64,000 nt of DNA from an uncultured Candidatus Saccharibacteria bacterium (GTDB lineage: Bacteria; Patescibacteriota; Minisyncoccia; Phycocordibacterales; UBA12088), in assembly GCA_964562615.1 (NCBI GenBank), contig CAZLUD010000001.1, forward strand, positions 327,628 through 391,627, in the 5' to 3' direction. Made by a program: the position numbers and the translations under genes. The notes under the pieces were generated by a model. It was not told the DNA's origin. It saw nothing but the letters and a program-made list of their open reading frames with translations, and did not search any database. Below, piece after piece: positions 1 through 7,584 of the stretch (positions within the stretch are counted from its first letter, which is position 1; each line of letters opens with the position of its first letter).

Positions 1-53
1 TCCTAGACGATAGAATCCAGAATCGTATTTTGCGCCCTTCTCTGATATTTCTC

Positions 54-236
54 AATACATAATGCCCTATCGGGCATATCTTTTGTGCGGGAATTTCCGA
101 CCTTGGAAACCTTCGGTTTTCCAACGTTCGCTTTGCTCACTGCCTTCCACCACGGGAGAGAATTCTCTCCCACCGATCTCATTCCGGTATCCCTCAGTAC
201 ATAATGCCCTATCGGGCATATCTTTTGTGCGGGATA
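54..236. repeat. tRNA-Gly(TCC)-linked palindromic element. A 38-bp direct repeat (56-93 and 198-235, consensus ATACATAATGCCCTATCGGGCATATCTTTTGTGCGGGA) contains the tRNA 3' terminus plus its trailer. The ~100 bp core between the copies holds an inverted copy of the tRNA T-arm/acceptor (rc of ATTCCGGTATCCC) and of the anticodon-stem segment (GGAAGGCAGT).
   Basis: The repeat and the inverted segments were aligned by eye. The repeat includes the perfect hairpin ATGCCC-GATA-GGGCAT. Confidence 0.6.
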
Positions 237-298
237 CCGGAATCGAACCGGTACCTACTGCTTGGAAGGCAGTCATTCTACCACTAAACTAATCCCGC
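228..298 (-). tRNA. tRNA-Gly (anticodon TCC). The minus-strand sequence folds as a cloverleaf: GCGGGAT acceptor, anticodon stem ACTGC/GCAGT with loop CTTCCAA, T-arm GGTTCGATTCC. No CCA is encoded.
   Basis: The cloverleaf was read directly from the reverse complement of 228-298. It is 71 nt with a 7-bp acceptor stem, a TTCGATT T-loop and anticodon TCC. Confidence 0.8.
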
Positions 299-330
299 AA
301 TTGCAATGTAGATGATTCTACCAAATAACA

Positions 331-362
331 ACAAGTCCCGCCATAGAGCGGGACTTGTTGTT
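331..362. terminator. Perfect 14-bp hairpin AACAACAAGTCCCGC-cataga-GCGGGACTTGTTGTT with T-rich tracts on both sides. It is a probable bidirectional intrinsic terminator.
   Basis: Inverted repeat seen directly; TTATTTG follows on the plus strand and TTATTTGGTAG on the minus strand. Confidence 0.55.
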
Positions 363-370
363 ATTTGACC

Positions 371-505
371 TTATTCTGACATGTCTGCATCTTTTTCTTC
401 GACAGTTGCATCTTCTGTCATATCACCCTCTTCCTTCTCTTCTTCTTCCATAGGCACTTCTTGAGCGAACAAATGACTCAGATCAAGTAATTCTAGAGTT
501 TGCAT
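371..505 (-). CDS. Small, very acidic 44-aa ORF (MQTLELLDLSHLFAQEVPMEEEEKEEGDMTEDATVEEKDADMSE) that lies directly upstream of the hairpin at 331-362. It is not in the ORF track because it is shorter than 60 aa.
   Basis: Manual translation of the minus strand. The ATG start is at 505 and the TAA stop at 371-373. A terminator hairpin follows. Confidence 0.25.
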   Translation of the reverse strand: MQTLELLDLSHLFAQEVPMEEEEKEEGDMTEDATVEEKDADMSE

Positions 506-656
506 ATACTTATTCAATTACTCAATATCTATTTGATATTGGGTCTGATAAACGGCTTCGCTAAAGAAGCGAATAAAAATAGTATACACAAAAAATGCCA
601 ACTTTCAATCGAAAGTTGAGTATTTGAGGTTCGCTAATAAGTGATATACTCGGCAT

Positions 657-1889
657 ATGACGTATTCAGCACATCGTGCCGCGCTCCTGTTGCTTAGCCT
701 TTTCTTGTTGGTTGTTTTTGGCCTGCAATCACTATACGCACCAAAAAGGCAATTAACGATTACAACCCCAGCACAAAATGCAACCACCACGCAAGCGGTA
801 GAAGAAACCCCAATGGATAAAGTTACCGCACTCATCAAAGAAGAAATAGCTGCGACAACCACCACACCACTTTCACTACTACCAACAAAAAAAGAAACAG
901 TACCGATAAAAACAAAGAGTGTAGCCACCACCAACGAACAAAAAGAGCCGACAAAAGAAGAGGCTCCCATCACTCCAGCAACACTAAGTAAAACAGTAAC
1001 CGAAACACTCACCCCTCCCCTTCCGGTGGATATATTTCCTGTGTCGTTTTCAAGTATCAACGAAGACGTTCGCGCGTCACTCGTCAATATTCTTTGCGTA
1101 ACTAAATCTGGTGGGCCGCTTATGCCCATCTCAGGATCAGGCATTATTATCGATTCTCGTGGAGTCATACTCACTAATGCACACATTGCTCAGTACTTAC
1201 TGCTCAAAGATTACATTGTAAAAGACTATGTCGAATGCATTATCCGTACCGGATCACCTGCGTATCCGCTCTACACCACAGAGCTACTGTATGTATCAGA
1301 AGCATGGGTACGCGAAAATGCAGTACAAATTGATAGCGAAAATCCCGTAGGTACGGGAGAACATGACTATGCGCTATTGCGAATTACTGGCACGGTTGAT
1401 GGTGATCCTGTTGGGGCTATTTCACACACTCCGGTAGATACAAAAGAGGTAGCGGTTGATGTTGGTTCTGAGGTGCTTGTCGCTGGATATCCAGCAGGCT
1501 TTGTGGGTGGTATTACCATACAAAAGTCTCTGTATCCTGCATCAAGTGTTACGAGCGTACGTGAGGTGTTTACCTTTGCCACCTCTACCGTTGATCTTAT
1601 CTCTGTTGGTGGAAGTATTGTCGCACAAAAAGGCTCTTCTGGTGGCGCGGTAGTGGGAAGAGACGGCAGATTAAAAGGTCTTGTGGTTACCTCAACACAA
1701 GCAGCATCAACCAATGACCGTGATTTGCGGGCTATTACCCTCTCGCATGTAAACAGAGACATCAAACTATCTACCGGCTACTCTCTTGGTGAATTTCTTT
1801 CAAAAAATCTACCTGCTGAGTCACATCGATTTATAACCACCGTCGCCCCTACCCTCACTCGTCTACTTGAAAATGCGCTCAGGGACTAG
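657..1889 (+). CDS. Secreted trypsin-like serine protease (S1/HtrA-like fold). It has an N-terminal transmembrane/signal segment and a Thr/Pro-rich linker. The C-terminal domain carries the catalytic His motif GSGIIIDSRGVILTNAHIA and the Ser motif GSSGGAVV.
   Basis: The TNAHI and GSSGG motifs match S1 peptidases. The N-terminus is hydrophobic. The exact start is uncertain. Confidence 0.6.
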   Translation: MTYSAHRAALLLLSLFLLVVFGLQSLYAPKRQLTITTPAQNATTTQAVEETPMDKVTALIKEEIAATTTTPLSLLPTKKETVPIKTKSVATTNEQKEPTKEEAPITPATLSKTVTETLTPPLPVDIFPVSFSSINEDVRASLVNILCVTKSGGPLMPISGSGIIIDSRGVILTNAHIAQYLLLKDYIVKDYVECIIRTGSPAYPLYTTELLYVSEAWVRENAVQIDSENPVGTGEHDYALLRITGTVDGDPVGAISHTPVDTKEVAVDVGSEVLVAGYPAGFVGGITIQKSLYPASSVTSVREVFTFATSTVDLISVGGSIVAQKGSSGGAVVGRDGRLKGLVVTSTQAASTNDRDLRAITLSHVNRDIKLSTGYSLGEFLSKNLPAESHRFITTVAPTLTRLLENALRD

Positions 1890-2998
1890 CGCGCATCCTC
1901 GCTACGTATAGCAACCTTTTTGATAAAGGCGTGTAGTACCTCACGGTATCTCTCTAGATCGTTAATATCTACCCACTCATCATCACTATGAGCGCCACCA
2001 CCGCGTGGATACACAAGGAGTGAAGGGATGCCATATCGTGCAAAATGACGTGCGTCTGATGCCCCATGAGAGCGAGTCCACCCCATAGTAATACCGTAAA
2101 GGGTGCGGGCAATGCCAGCAAACAACAGCGCTTCTTTGTTGTGTGGTGAAATGCCACATGCCGGCTCATCCATCACAATGTGGTATGAAACTCTTGGGTC
2201 TTTAGCTACTATTGTTTTTATACCCTCTAAGATAGCCTCTCTATCCGCCTCATCAATCACTCGTATATCAGCAGACACCGATGCTCTGTCTGGTACCTGA
2301 TTTACCGCCTCGCCTCCCTCTATGCGAGAAAAGGTTATCGTTGAGTGCCAATGATGTTCATCATCAGTTATAAATGTCGAACCAAATGCACTGATAGCGT
2401 TAATGGTATTGAGTAGTGTTGTTATTGCATTATCTCCTAACCATGGCCGTGATGCGTGTGCTGAAGCGCCAACCACCTCTATACGGATGCGAATCATACC
2501 TTTTGCAAATTCTTCAAAACACCACTCGCCACCCCCATCTGGAATAATTGCGAGGTCGCCTCTATACCCTTCTTTTTCGAGTAACGCACGAACACCATCC
2601 ATACCCCCCACCTCTTCATCTGCGGTAATCATGAGACCGAGGTCATAGTTTGATGCTTCATCTCCAAGGGAGCGCAAAATATCCACATATATAGCGATAG
2701 CAAATTTCATATCAAATACTCCTCGCCCACGTAACACACCCCTCTCTTGTTGCGGATGAAACAGCGATCTTCCCCCTGGTACCACATCGATATGAGCACT
2801 GAGCCAAAGCTTTGGTGACCTAGTAGCTGAGCTAGTTGCCAGCAATGACTCATGCCCGCCAAAGGCATACCGATGCAGATGTAGTGGTATACCACGCAGT
2901 TGTTCTTCAATATAATCATACGCCCTTGCTATCTCGTCATGATTGCCGGTAACCGTATGAAAGGTGATTAGTTTTTTGAGGGTTTCAACTAGGTACAT
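1886..2998 (-). CDS. M20 family metallopeptidase/deacylase (ArgE/DapE-like).
   Basis: The HIDVVPGG and GRGVFDMK motifs are typical of M20 zinc peptidases. Length is 370 aa. Confidence 0.65.
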   Translation of the reverse strand: MYLVETLKKLITFHTVTGNHDEIARAYDYIEEQLRGIPLHLHRYAFGGHESLLATSSATRSPKLWLSAHIDVVPGGRSLFHPQQERGVLRGRGVFDMKFAIAIYVDILRSLGDEASNYDLGLMITADEEVGGMDGVRALLEKEGYRGDLAIIPDGGGEWCFEEFAKGMIRIRIEVVGASAHASRPWLGDNAITTLLNTINAISAFGSTFITDDEHHWHSTITFSRIEGGEAVNQVPDRASVSADIRVIDEADREAILEGIKTIVAKDPRVSYHIVMDEPACGISPHNKEALLFAGIARTLYGITMGWTRSHGASDARHFARYGIPSLLVYPRGGGAHSDDEWVDINDLERYREVLHAFIKKVAIRSEDAR

Positions 2999-3033
2999 AT
3001 AAGGACTGTAAACTATTTATTACGGTTTGAAAA

Positions 3034-3065
3034 CAAAACCACACCCTGTGAGGGGTGTGGTTTAC
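3034..3065 (-). terminator. Intrinsic terminator hairpin AACCACACCC-tgtgag-GGGTGTGGTT, followed on the minus strand by TTTTGTTTTC. It lies downstream of ORF 3071-3298.
   Basis: Perfect 10-bp stem plus a U-tract, seen directly. Confidence 0.6.
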
Positions 3066-3070
3066 GAACA

Positions 3071-3298
3071 TCAGCAAGTGTTTTTATTTTTGGGACTCAT
3101 GGATGTCAATCTATCGAGTAAAATTCTCATAGCATTTTCTCTATCTGAATGAATTGCTGCTTCAGCAACCGCAGCTGCAGTTGCTGGATTACGAATAACA
3201 AACTGAACAAATGGGACAGCATCTGATCCTCCACCCAAAAGCCTTGAGAACATGTCAAATATAGCAAATTGTGCATGGTCAAGATCTTGTACTTGCAT
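3071..3298 (-). CDS. Hypothetical small protein (75 aa).
   Basis: ORF with a downstream terminator. No recognisable motif. Confidence 0.3.
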   Translation of the reverse strand: MQVQDLDHAQFAIFDMFSRLLGGGSDAVPFVQFVIRNPATAAAVAEAAIHSDRENAMRILLDRLTSMSPKNKNTC

Positions 3299-3562
3299 TG
3301 TTGACCCCCTTTCAAAGAACTTCGCGTTTTTGCGACCAAGCCAATTGCGACTTGGAGCGTGTGTCTATGTGCCATGGGCACACACTCCAAAGAACAATTT
3401 GCACAAGAGCCCCTTTTGGAGGGGCTCTTGTTGATGTTTCTTAAGATTTATTTCAACTAAAAGCACCCTCCGTGTTGGAGTGTAATCAGTACGAGGGTAA
3501 TCAGCGCTATTTGCTTCATAAAAATATAGTACCGAAGCAAAAAATACTGTCAAGAATAAAGA

Positions 3563-3608
3563 GAAACGGCGCCCGAAGGCGCCGTTGAAGTGGGGCATTA
3601 TGCCCCGT
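3563..3608 (-). terminator. Two adjacent hairpins (AAACGGCGCCCGAAGGCGCCGTT and GTGGGGCATTATGCCCCGTG), followed on the minus strand by TTTCTCTTTATTCTT. Probable terminator of ORF 3623-4054.
   Basis: Seen directly. Confidence 0.5.
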
Positions 3609-3622
3609 GATAATACCAAGCA

Positions 3623-4054
3623 CTATTGTCTATCTGGCGGGAGCACAACCGTATGAGCTTCTCTAAAAAGCACCACATCGTCCCTTCCGTCGAGATCGGC
3701 GCCAGATACCCTAGTTCCTGCACGTATATCAATCGTTGGAAAAACTGGTAGCCTTGTACTGGGTGACATCACCTGCCCACCTTCTGTTGGTGGTATTGAT
3801 CTGGTGGAGTGACCTCCTCCACCACTACCCCAACCGATTCGGGGATTTATCCTTGCAGATCCGCCAGGGATTAGCTTCCCCGGGACTGGGGAATCAACGA
3901 AACTGAAACCATTTTTATCAGCCACGAAAGCCTCCTTGCGTCGCCAGGGTCGACGCGCTGTTTCCACTATTACCCCCTGGAGTGTGATCACTACGCAATA
4001 ACCACACTTCAGGGGGTAATACCTTAATAACCTCTTATTTTCCTCAAAGAACAA
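3623..4054 (-). CDS. Hypothetical Gly-rich small protein. The ORF-track start at 4054 is a TTG codon. A GTG at 3925, preceded by a perfect AAGGAGG Shine-Dalgarno 7 nt upstream, is a more plausible start and would give ~100 aa (3623-3925).
   Basis: Manual codon check of the minus strand. No family recognised. Confidence 0.3.
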   Translation of the reverse strand: MFFEENKRLLRYYPLKCGYCVVITLQGVIVETARRPWRRKEAFVADKNGFSFVDSPVPGKLIPGGSARINPRIGWGSGGGGHSTRSIPPTEGGQVMSPSTRLPVFPTIDIRAGTRVSGADLDGRDDVVLFREAHTVVLPPDRQ

Positions 4055-4225
4055 TCCATCTATACGACAACCAGCCCCTGTGTGGGGCCGGTTGAATGTT
4101 TTTGATGAAGCAATCTATTACACATCAAACCGGCCCGAATGATTTCCGGCAAACCAGAGCGATGTATATGCAAAAAACTGTTGCATATACACATGCTATC
4201 TCTAGCTATGTTATATGTCAACAAA
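3926..4225 (-). promoter_or_regulatory. Sigma70-like promoter on the minus strand (-35 TTGACA at 4217-4222, 17-nt spacer, -10 TAGCAT at 4194-4199). It is followed by a ~270 nt hairpin-rich leader ahead of the putative GTG start at 3925. This is a candidate cis-regulatory leader or riboswitch.
   Basis: The promoter hexamers have ideal spacing. The leader contains an 11-bp perfect hairpin (TGTATATGCAA/TTGCATATACA), a CAACCGGCCCC/GGGGCTGGTTG hairpin and a 17-bp near-perfect stem (TTACCCCCTGAAGTGTG/CACACTCCAGGGGGTAA). Confidence 0.35.
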
Positions 4226-4245
4226 AAGCGAGCCATGTGGCTCGC
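4222..4245 (-). terminator. Hairpin GCGAGCCACATGGCTCGC plus TTTTTG on the minus strand; terminator of ORF 4261-4518.
   Basis: Seen directly. Confidence 0.5.
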
Positions 4246-4260
4246 ATCATCTATGCGCTT

Positions 4261-4518
4261 TTATATGGCGCCTTGTGAGGTGTCTATTCGTATAGTACTC
4301 ACGTTTGGTAATCCTTTGAGCACCTCTCTTAAAGAAGTAATATCCACCTGCTTGTTGCCAGTATAGGCAAAAAAGGGCATTTTTGCTCCTTCAGCAAAAA
4401 GACAAAAGTGACGGCAATCACGAACATTGTTCAGTATTGTTGTGGTGGTGTCTTGAGAATTGTCTTCAATAACCACAAGGAAGCTTTGCATCATTTTTAC
4501 TCCTGCTGCCGACAGCAT
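4261..4518 (-). CDS. Hypothetical 85-aa protein (MMQSFLVVIEDNSQDTTTTILNNVRDCRHFCLFAEG...). Family not recognised.
   Basis: ORF lying between a structured GC-rich leader and a terminator. Confidence 0.35.
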   Translation of the reverse strand: MLSAAGVKMMQSFLVVIEDNSQDTTTTILNNVRDCRHFCLFAEGAKMPFFAYTGNKQVDITSLREVLKGLPNVSTIRIDTSQGAI

Positions 4519-4554
4519 AATACGACAAAAAATACGCTATGCCTACTACCATAA

Positions 4555-4800
4555 ATGAAAGAGCGGCCCCAAAGTTGGGGCCGCTCGGAGGGGGTAAAAC
4601 CCCCTCCTCGACGTGTGACCTTCGTTGGTCAGGCGCTGCCGGTCGAGTGCCTGGCCGACGGGTTGGTGCCGGTGGTGTCGACCCTGCGCGCCGACGGGTC
4701 GGTGCCGAGATTCGCCATGCTGATGACAGAAAACGGAGGATGCTTCGTTCGAGTCATTGCCATTCTCCATGAGCTAGGGTGGGGCTCTATGCCCCAATCC
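4555..4800 (-). ncRNA. GC-rich structured element of ~250 nt, far above the local GC content. Its minus-strand 3' end has two stacked perfect hairpins (GGAGGGGGTTTTACCCCCTCC then GAGCGGCCCCAACTTTGGGGCCGCTC) followed by TTTCATTT, about 40 nt upstream of ORF 4518-4261. It is a candidate riboswitch/leader or a small RNA; the identity is unknown.
   Basis: Hairpins seen directly. There is an internal 19-nt direct repeat GCCGACGGGT(T/C)GGTGCCG x2. The overlapping ORFs look like random translation of GC-rich sequence. No match was found to the RNase P P4, tmRNA or SRP motifs I could recall. Confidence 0.3.
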
Positions 4801-4972
4801 CATGCCTCAAGTAATATACACCAAACTAAAAATAAGTCAATAGACTGTAAACGAATTTTGCATGAGTTAAAAACCCCTCCAAAAAACCATTATGTGTAGC
4901 TATTTTTTGGAGCCACTCCTACATTTGTTCAAAAAAATCTTTTATTTCGAATTTTTTTATACTTTGAAGGCT

Positions 4973-5767
4973 TTATAGCTCTGCTCCTATCGCAAAAGAG
5001 AATCGGTCTTTAGCACTCTCGCCTTGAACGACGATTTCAACAAATCTATGCCCGTGTATGCCAGAACTGCCTATGATAAGGGCGCTTTCGCCCTTTGGTA
5101 CTGCAGCAAGATGCTCATAGCAGGTAAATGTCCCAAGCTTTGTTTGTACCTGCGCGCCTTCTGTGAAAGAAATTTCTTCTGGAAGAATGGTGGTCTTTGC
5201 ATTGCCAAAGTTATCTATCCACCATACCGCCCTTGGCGCTGTAGGAATTTCTTGTATTGAAATATTCTCTGCAGGAACCGTATTACCTTTTAAGAGATAG
5301 TCGAGCACCCTCGGGGTAAAATCAAAACTTCTAAATTGTGAGCCGATTATTCTGTTTCTCTCCTCTTCAGTTAAAGCACCTACACCCACCATTGCCTCCG
5401 TCACGGTAGGAATATCCATGAGCGCTACAGAATCCGCAAGCCCAAGCTTTTTGATAAGCGAGAGGGTAAGGCCATCAAATGATGATACAACAAGGGTGTT
5501 GTGTACCAAAAAGTGGCAAAACGGCGTGCCGTTTTGCCACTTTTTGCTTCCCTTATGGCGAGGTGCCACATTTACCAATACCGCGCTTGTGTGTGGGGTA
5601 TCACGATACGCATCAAGCACATCAATAAGGTTGCCAGCAGCTGAAAGATCACCGTAATCCCCCACCCCCACCAAAGAAACAGAAGCTCCAGAAAGCGCCG
5701 CGGCGCGAGCTAGCTGTCTTCCTCCTGCATTGTCATCGTGACAATCATTGATAACGGTAATATGCAT
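4973..5767 (-). CDS. SAM hydroxide adenosyltransferase-like protein (DUF62, the chlorinase/fluorinase-related family).
   Basis: The C-terminal motifs VWWIDNFGNAKT and ALIIGSSGIHGHRFVEIVVQGESA resemble the DUF62 signatures (I.YIDHFGN...LIGSSG.LEIAV..GSA). The N-terminus is less typical. Confidence 0.45.
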   Translation of the reverse strand: MHITVINDCHDDNAGGRQLARAAALSGASVSLVGVGDYGDLSAAGNLIDVLDAYRDTPHTSAVLVNVAPRHKGSKKWQNGTPFCHFLVHNTLVVSSFDGLTLSLIKKLGLADSVALMDIPTVTEAMVGVGALTEEERNRIIGSQFRSFDFTPRVLDYLLKGNTVPAENISIQEIPTAPRAVWWIDNFGNAKTTILPEEISFTEGAQVQTKLGTFTCYEHLAAVPKGESALIIGSSGIHGHRFVEIVVQGESAKDRFSFAIGAEL

Positions 5768-5855
5768 GGTATGACGATAAATATGTAAACGTCATTTGAG
5801 CATACCCCAGAGCACTAGGCTCGTCTACCCTATACCGTAGGAGTATTATGGCGCT

Positions 5856-6995
5856 TTATAGCGAGAGTATCCCCGGCGTGCTTGTAGCAGTATCGTCTTC
5901 ACTCACTTCCTTATCTATTGATACCTCTTCTACCACTTCAAATACAAGCGCATTGTCGTCTTTTAGAATAGATACAAGCGCTGCGTCCTTAGCAGCAGAT
6001 ATAGAAACACTGAAGATATTCGTTGTATCTTTATCCTCACAATCACCCTCTACTACAGAATCAGTAAGTTGTATGAATATCTCTTCATTATCATTAGTAG
6101 TATGGGTGGTTGCTTCTGCAGCAAGGTCGCACGCACCAACTTCTAGTGATCCAGTATAGTGGTGTATCCCTTCTTCGTATCGATGGGTAACTACCAGCGG
6201 CATAGTGTGCGCTACCACCGCCGTTACCGATTGTGGTATACCTGCGATACGCGATTGTACGGTATCAATGACAGGAGTAAGCGCGGTGGTAGGTACCGCA
6301 TACATTGCAATTTCTGTACCAACATGAGCAGCAACCTTTGCTGATACTTCTGATGAGCCCTCTATAGAAAGCGGTTGAGTATCTACCGCCTTGTTGAGGG
6401 CAAGTACCGCACCTTCTTCTATGATACTGCTCTCGATTGCCATAAGCTCCTCAGAACCTTTAACCAATGCTTGAGCAAATAACGTACTGATGCTGTCAGC
6501 TGCTTCAGGGCTTTCTATCCTTAGCTTTGCTATTTTTTCTGATGCGCGTGATGCAAAAGTATCAATATCAACCGCAAGTGAAGCAAATACCGCCTCAGGA
6601 ATGTTTTTTGAATTGCGAGCGAGTGTAATAGCTTCCTCAAGACGGCGCTCGGCACGACGTATTTCCCACTTTGCTGACGCTTCGTCGCTAAAGGCAAACA
6701 ATAGACGGGCTTCTTCGTTTACATTTACTTTTATTGCATACAAAGAATCTCCTGGAAGCGCGTCTTCTGCCGCATACGAAACACCAGATAGCGCAACAAT
6801 CGCAACCAAAGAAGCTGCCATGACGGGGCGTGTGTGATATGTAATCCAAGAAAATAGCGATGGAGTGGCTACAGCTTTGCTGTGCGTCACCTCAGTGCGT
6901 GGTGGTGTCATGGCAACATACTCACGCAACACATTTTTCATGTGCTCGCGCTCCTCTATTGAGAGGTTAAATTGTTGCGTAGTATTATCCTTCAT
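5856..6995 (-). CDS. Membrane-anchored anti-sigma factor-like protein. It has a short cytoplasmic N-terminus, one transmembrane segment (RPVMAASLVAIVALSGVSYAA) and a large extracytoplasmic domain. Its start overlaps the stop of the upstream ECF sigma gene.
   Basis: Gene context (ATGA overlap with the sigma factor) and topology. No specific domain motif recognised. Confidence 0.45.
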   Translation of the reverse strand: MKDNTTQQFNLSIEEREHMKNVLREYVAMTPPRTEVTHSKAVATPSLFSWITYHTRPVMAASLVAIVALSGVSYAAEDALPGDSLYAIKVNVNEEARLLFAFSDEASAKWEIRRAERRLEEAITLARNSKNIPEAVFASLAVDIDTFASRASEKIAKLRIESPEAADSISTLFAQALVKGSEELMAIESSIIEEGAVLALNKAVDTQPLSIEGSSEVSAKVAAHVGTEIAMYAVPTTALTPVIDTVQSRIAGIPQSVTAVVAHTMPLVVTHRYEEGIHHYTGSLEVGACDLAAEATTHTTNDNEEIFIQLTDSVVEGDCEDKDTTNIFSVSISAAKDAALVSILKDDNALVFEVVEEVSIDKEVSEDDTATSTPGILSL

Positions 6996-7533
6996 ATATA
7001 AATTGCTTTTCCGTTGCTACTCGTTTAAGCGCCTTGAGCGCGCGGTGTAGTCGTACTGAAATTACATTTTCACTCTCACCGGTGATGATTGCTATCTCCT
7101 TTGGTGATAGCTCGTCGATAAAGCGCATAGTCACCACCTGCGCGTATTGATCTGGGACATGGGTAAGCAAATCGTATACCTTCTCAGCATCAATACTCCT
7201 TACCGTGTCTTTATGAGAGAGATCAACAAGCTCAGGAAAGTCTCCTTCTTGTACATGATCACTCTCAAGAATTTCGTCTAGTGATGAGGTCTTTTTCTTT
7301 CTGTACTCATCTATGATGAGGTTATTGAGTACTCGATATAAAAATGAACGGTATTCATCAATAACTCCCCCCTCACTTATGAACTTCCACGTTTTCATGA
7401 ACGTATCTTGCACCACATCCTTTGCTCGTTCTCTATCTGAGAGGCGAAATACGGCATGACGAAAAAGTACATCCGAATACTCATCAAATGACGAAATAAA
7501 CCCTTCTTCTGTTACTTTTTTGTTCTCACCCAT
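6985..7533 (-). CDS. ECF-type RNA polymerase sigma-70 factor.
   Basis: Region 2 (DVVQDTFMKTWKFI) and region 4 helix-turn-helix (LSPKEIAIITGESENVISVRLHRALKALK) patterns. Length 182 aa. Confidence 0.8.
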   Translation of the reverse strand: MGENKKVTEEGFISSFDEYSDVLFRHAVFRLSDRERAKDVVQDTFMKTWKFISEGGVIDEYRSFLYRVLNNLIIDEYRKKKTSSLDEILESDHVQEGDFPELVDLSHKDTVRSIDAEKVYDLLTHVPDQYAQVVTMRFIDELSPKEIAIITGESENVISVRLHRALKALKRVATEKQFIYEG

Positions 7534-7584
7534 AATGAAGACGATTGAGGTATGCCTACTCTTTCATACACATCTTTTGGCTTA

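Noticed and set aside
62-292. ORF-track entries 62-292(+) and 67-276(-).
   Set aside because: They overlap the tRNA-Gly(TCC) gene and its repeat. They show no coding features and are artefacts of the repeat.
3760-4030. Possible RNase P RNA or tmRNA within or upstream of ORF 3623-4054 (CCCAGTCCCGGGGAAGC resembles the P4 AGGAAAGTCCGGGCTCC).
   Set aside because: The match to the P4 consensus is only partial, and no 3' P4 strand (ACAGAARCCGGCTTA) was found. No tmRNA tag or T-arm was found. I retained the region only as a structured leader.
4539-4899. ORFs 4539-4772(+), 4546-4770(-) and 4555-4899(+) in the GC-rich island.
   Set aside because: Arg/Gly/Ala/Pro-rich translations in all frames, typical of random high-GC sequence. 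The hairpin structure suggests RNA or regulatory function instead.
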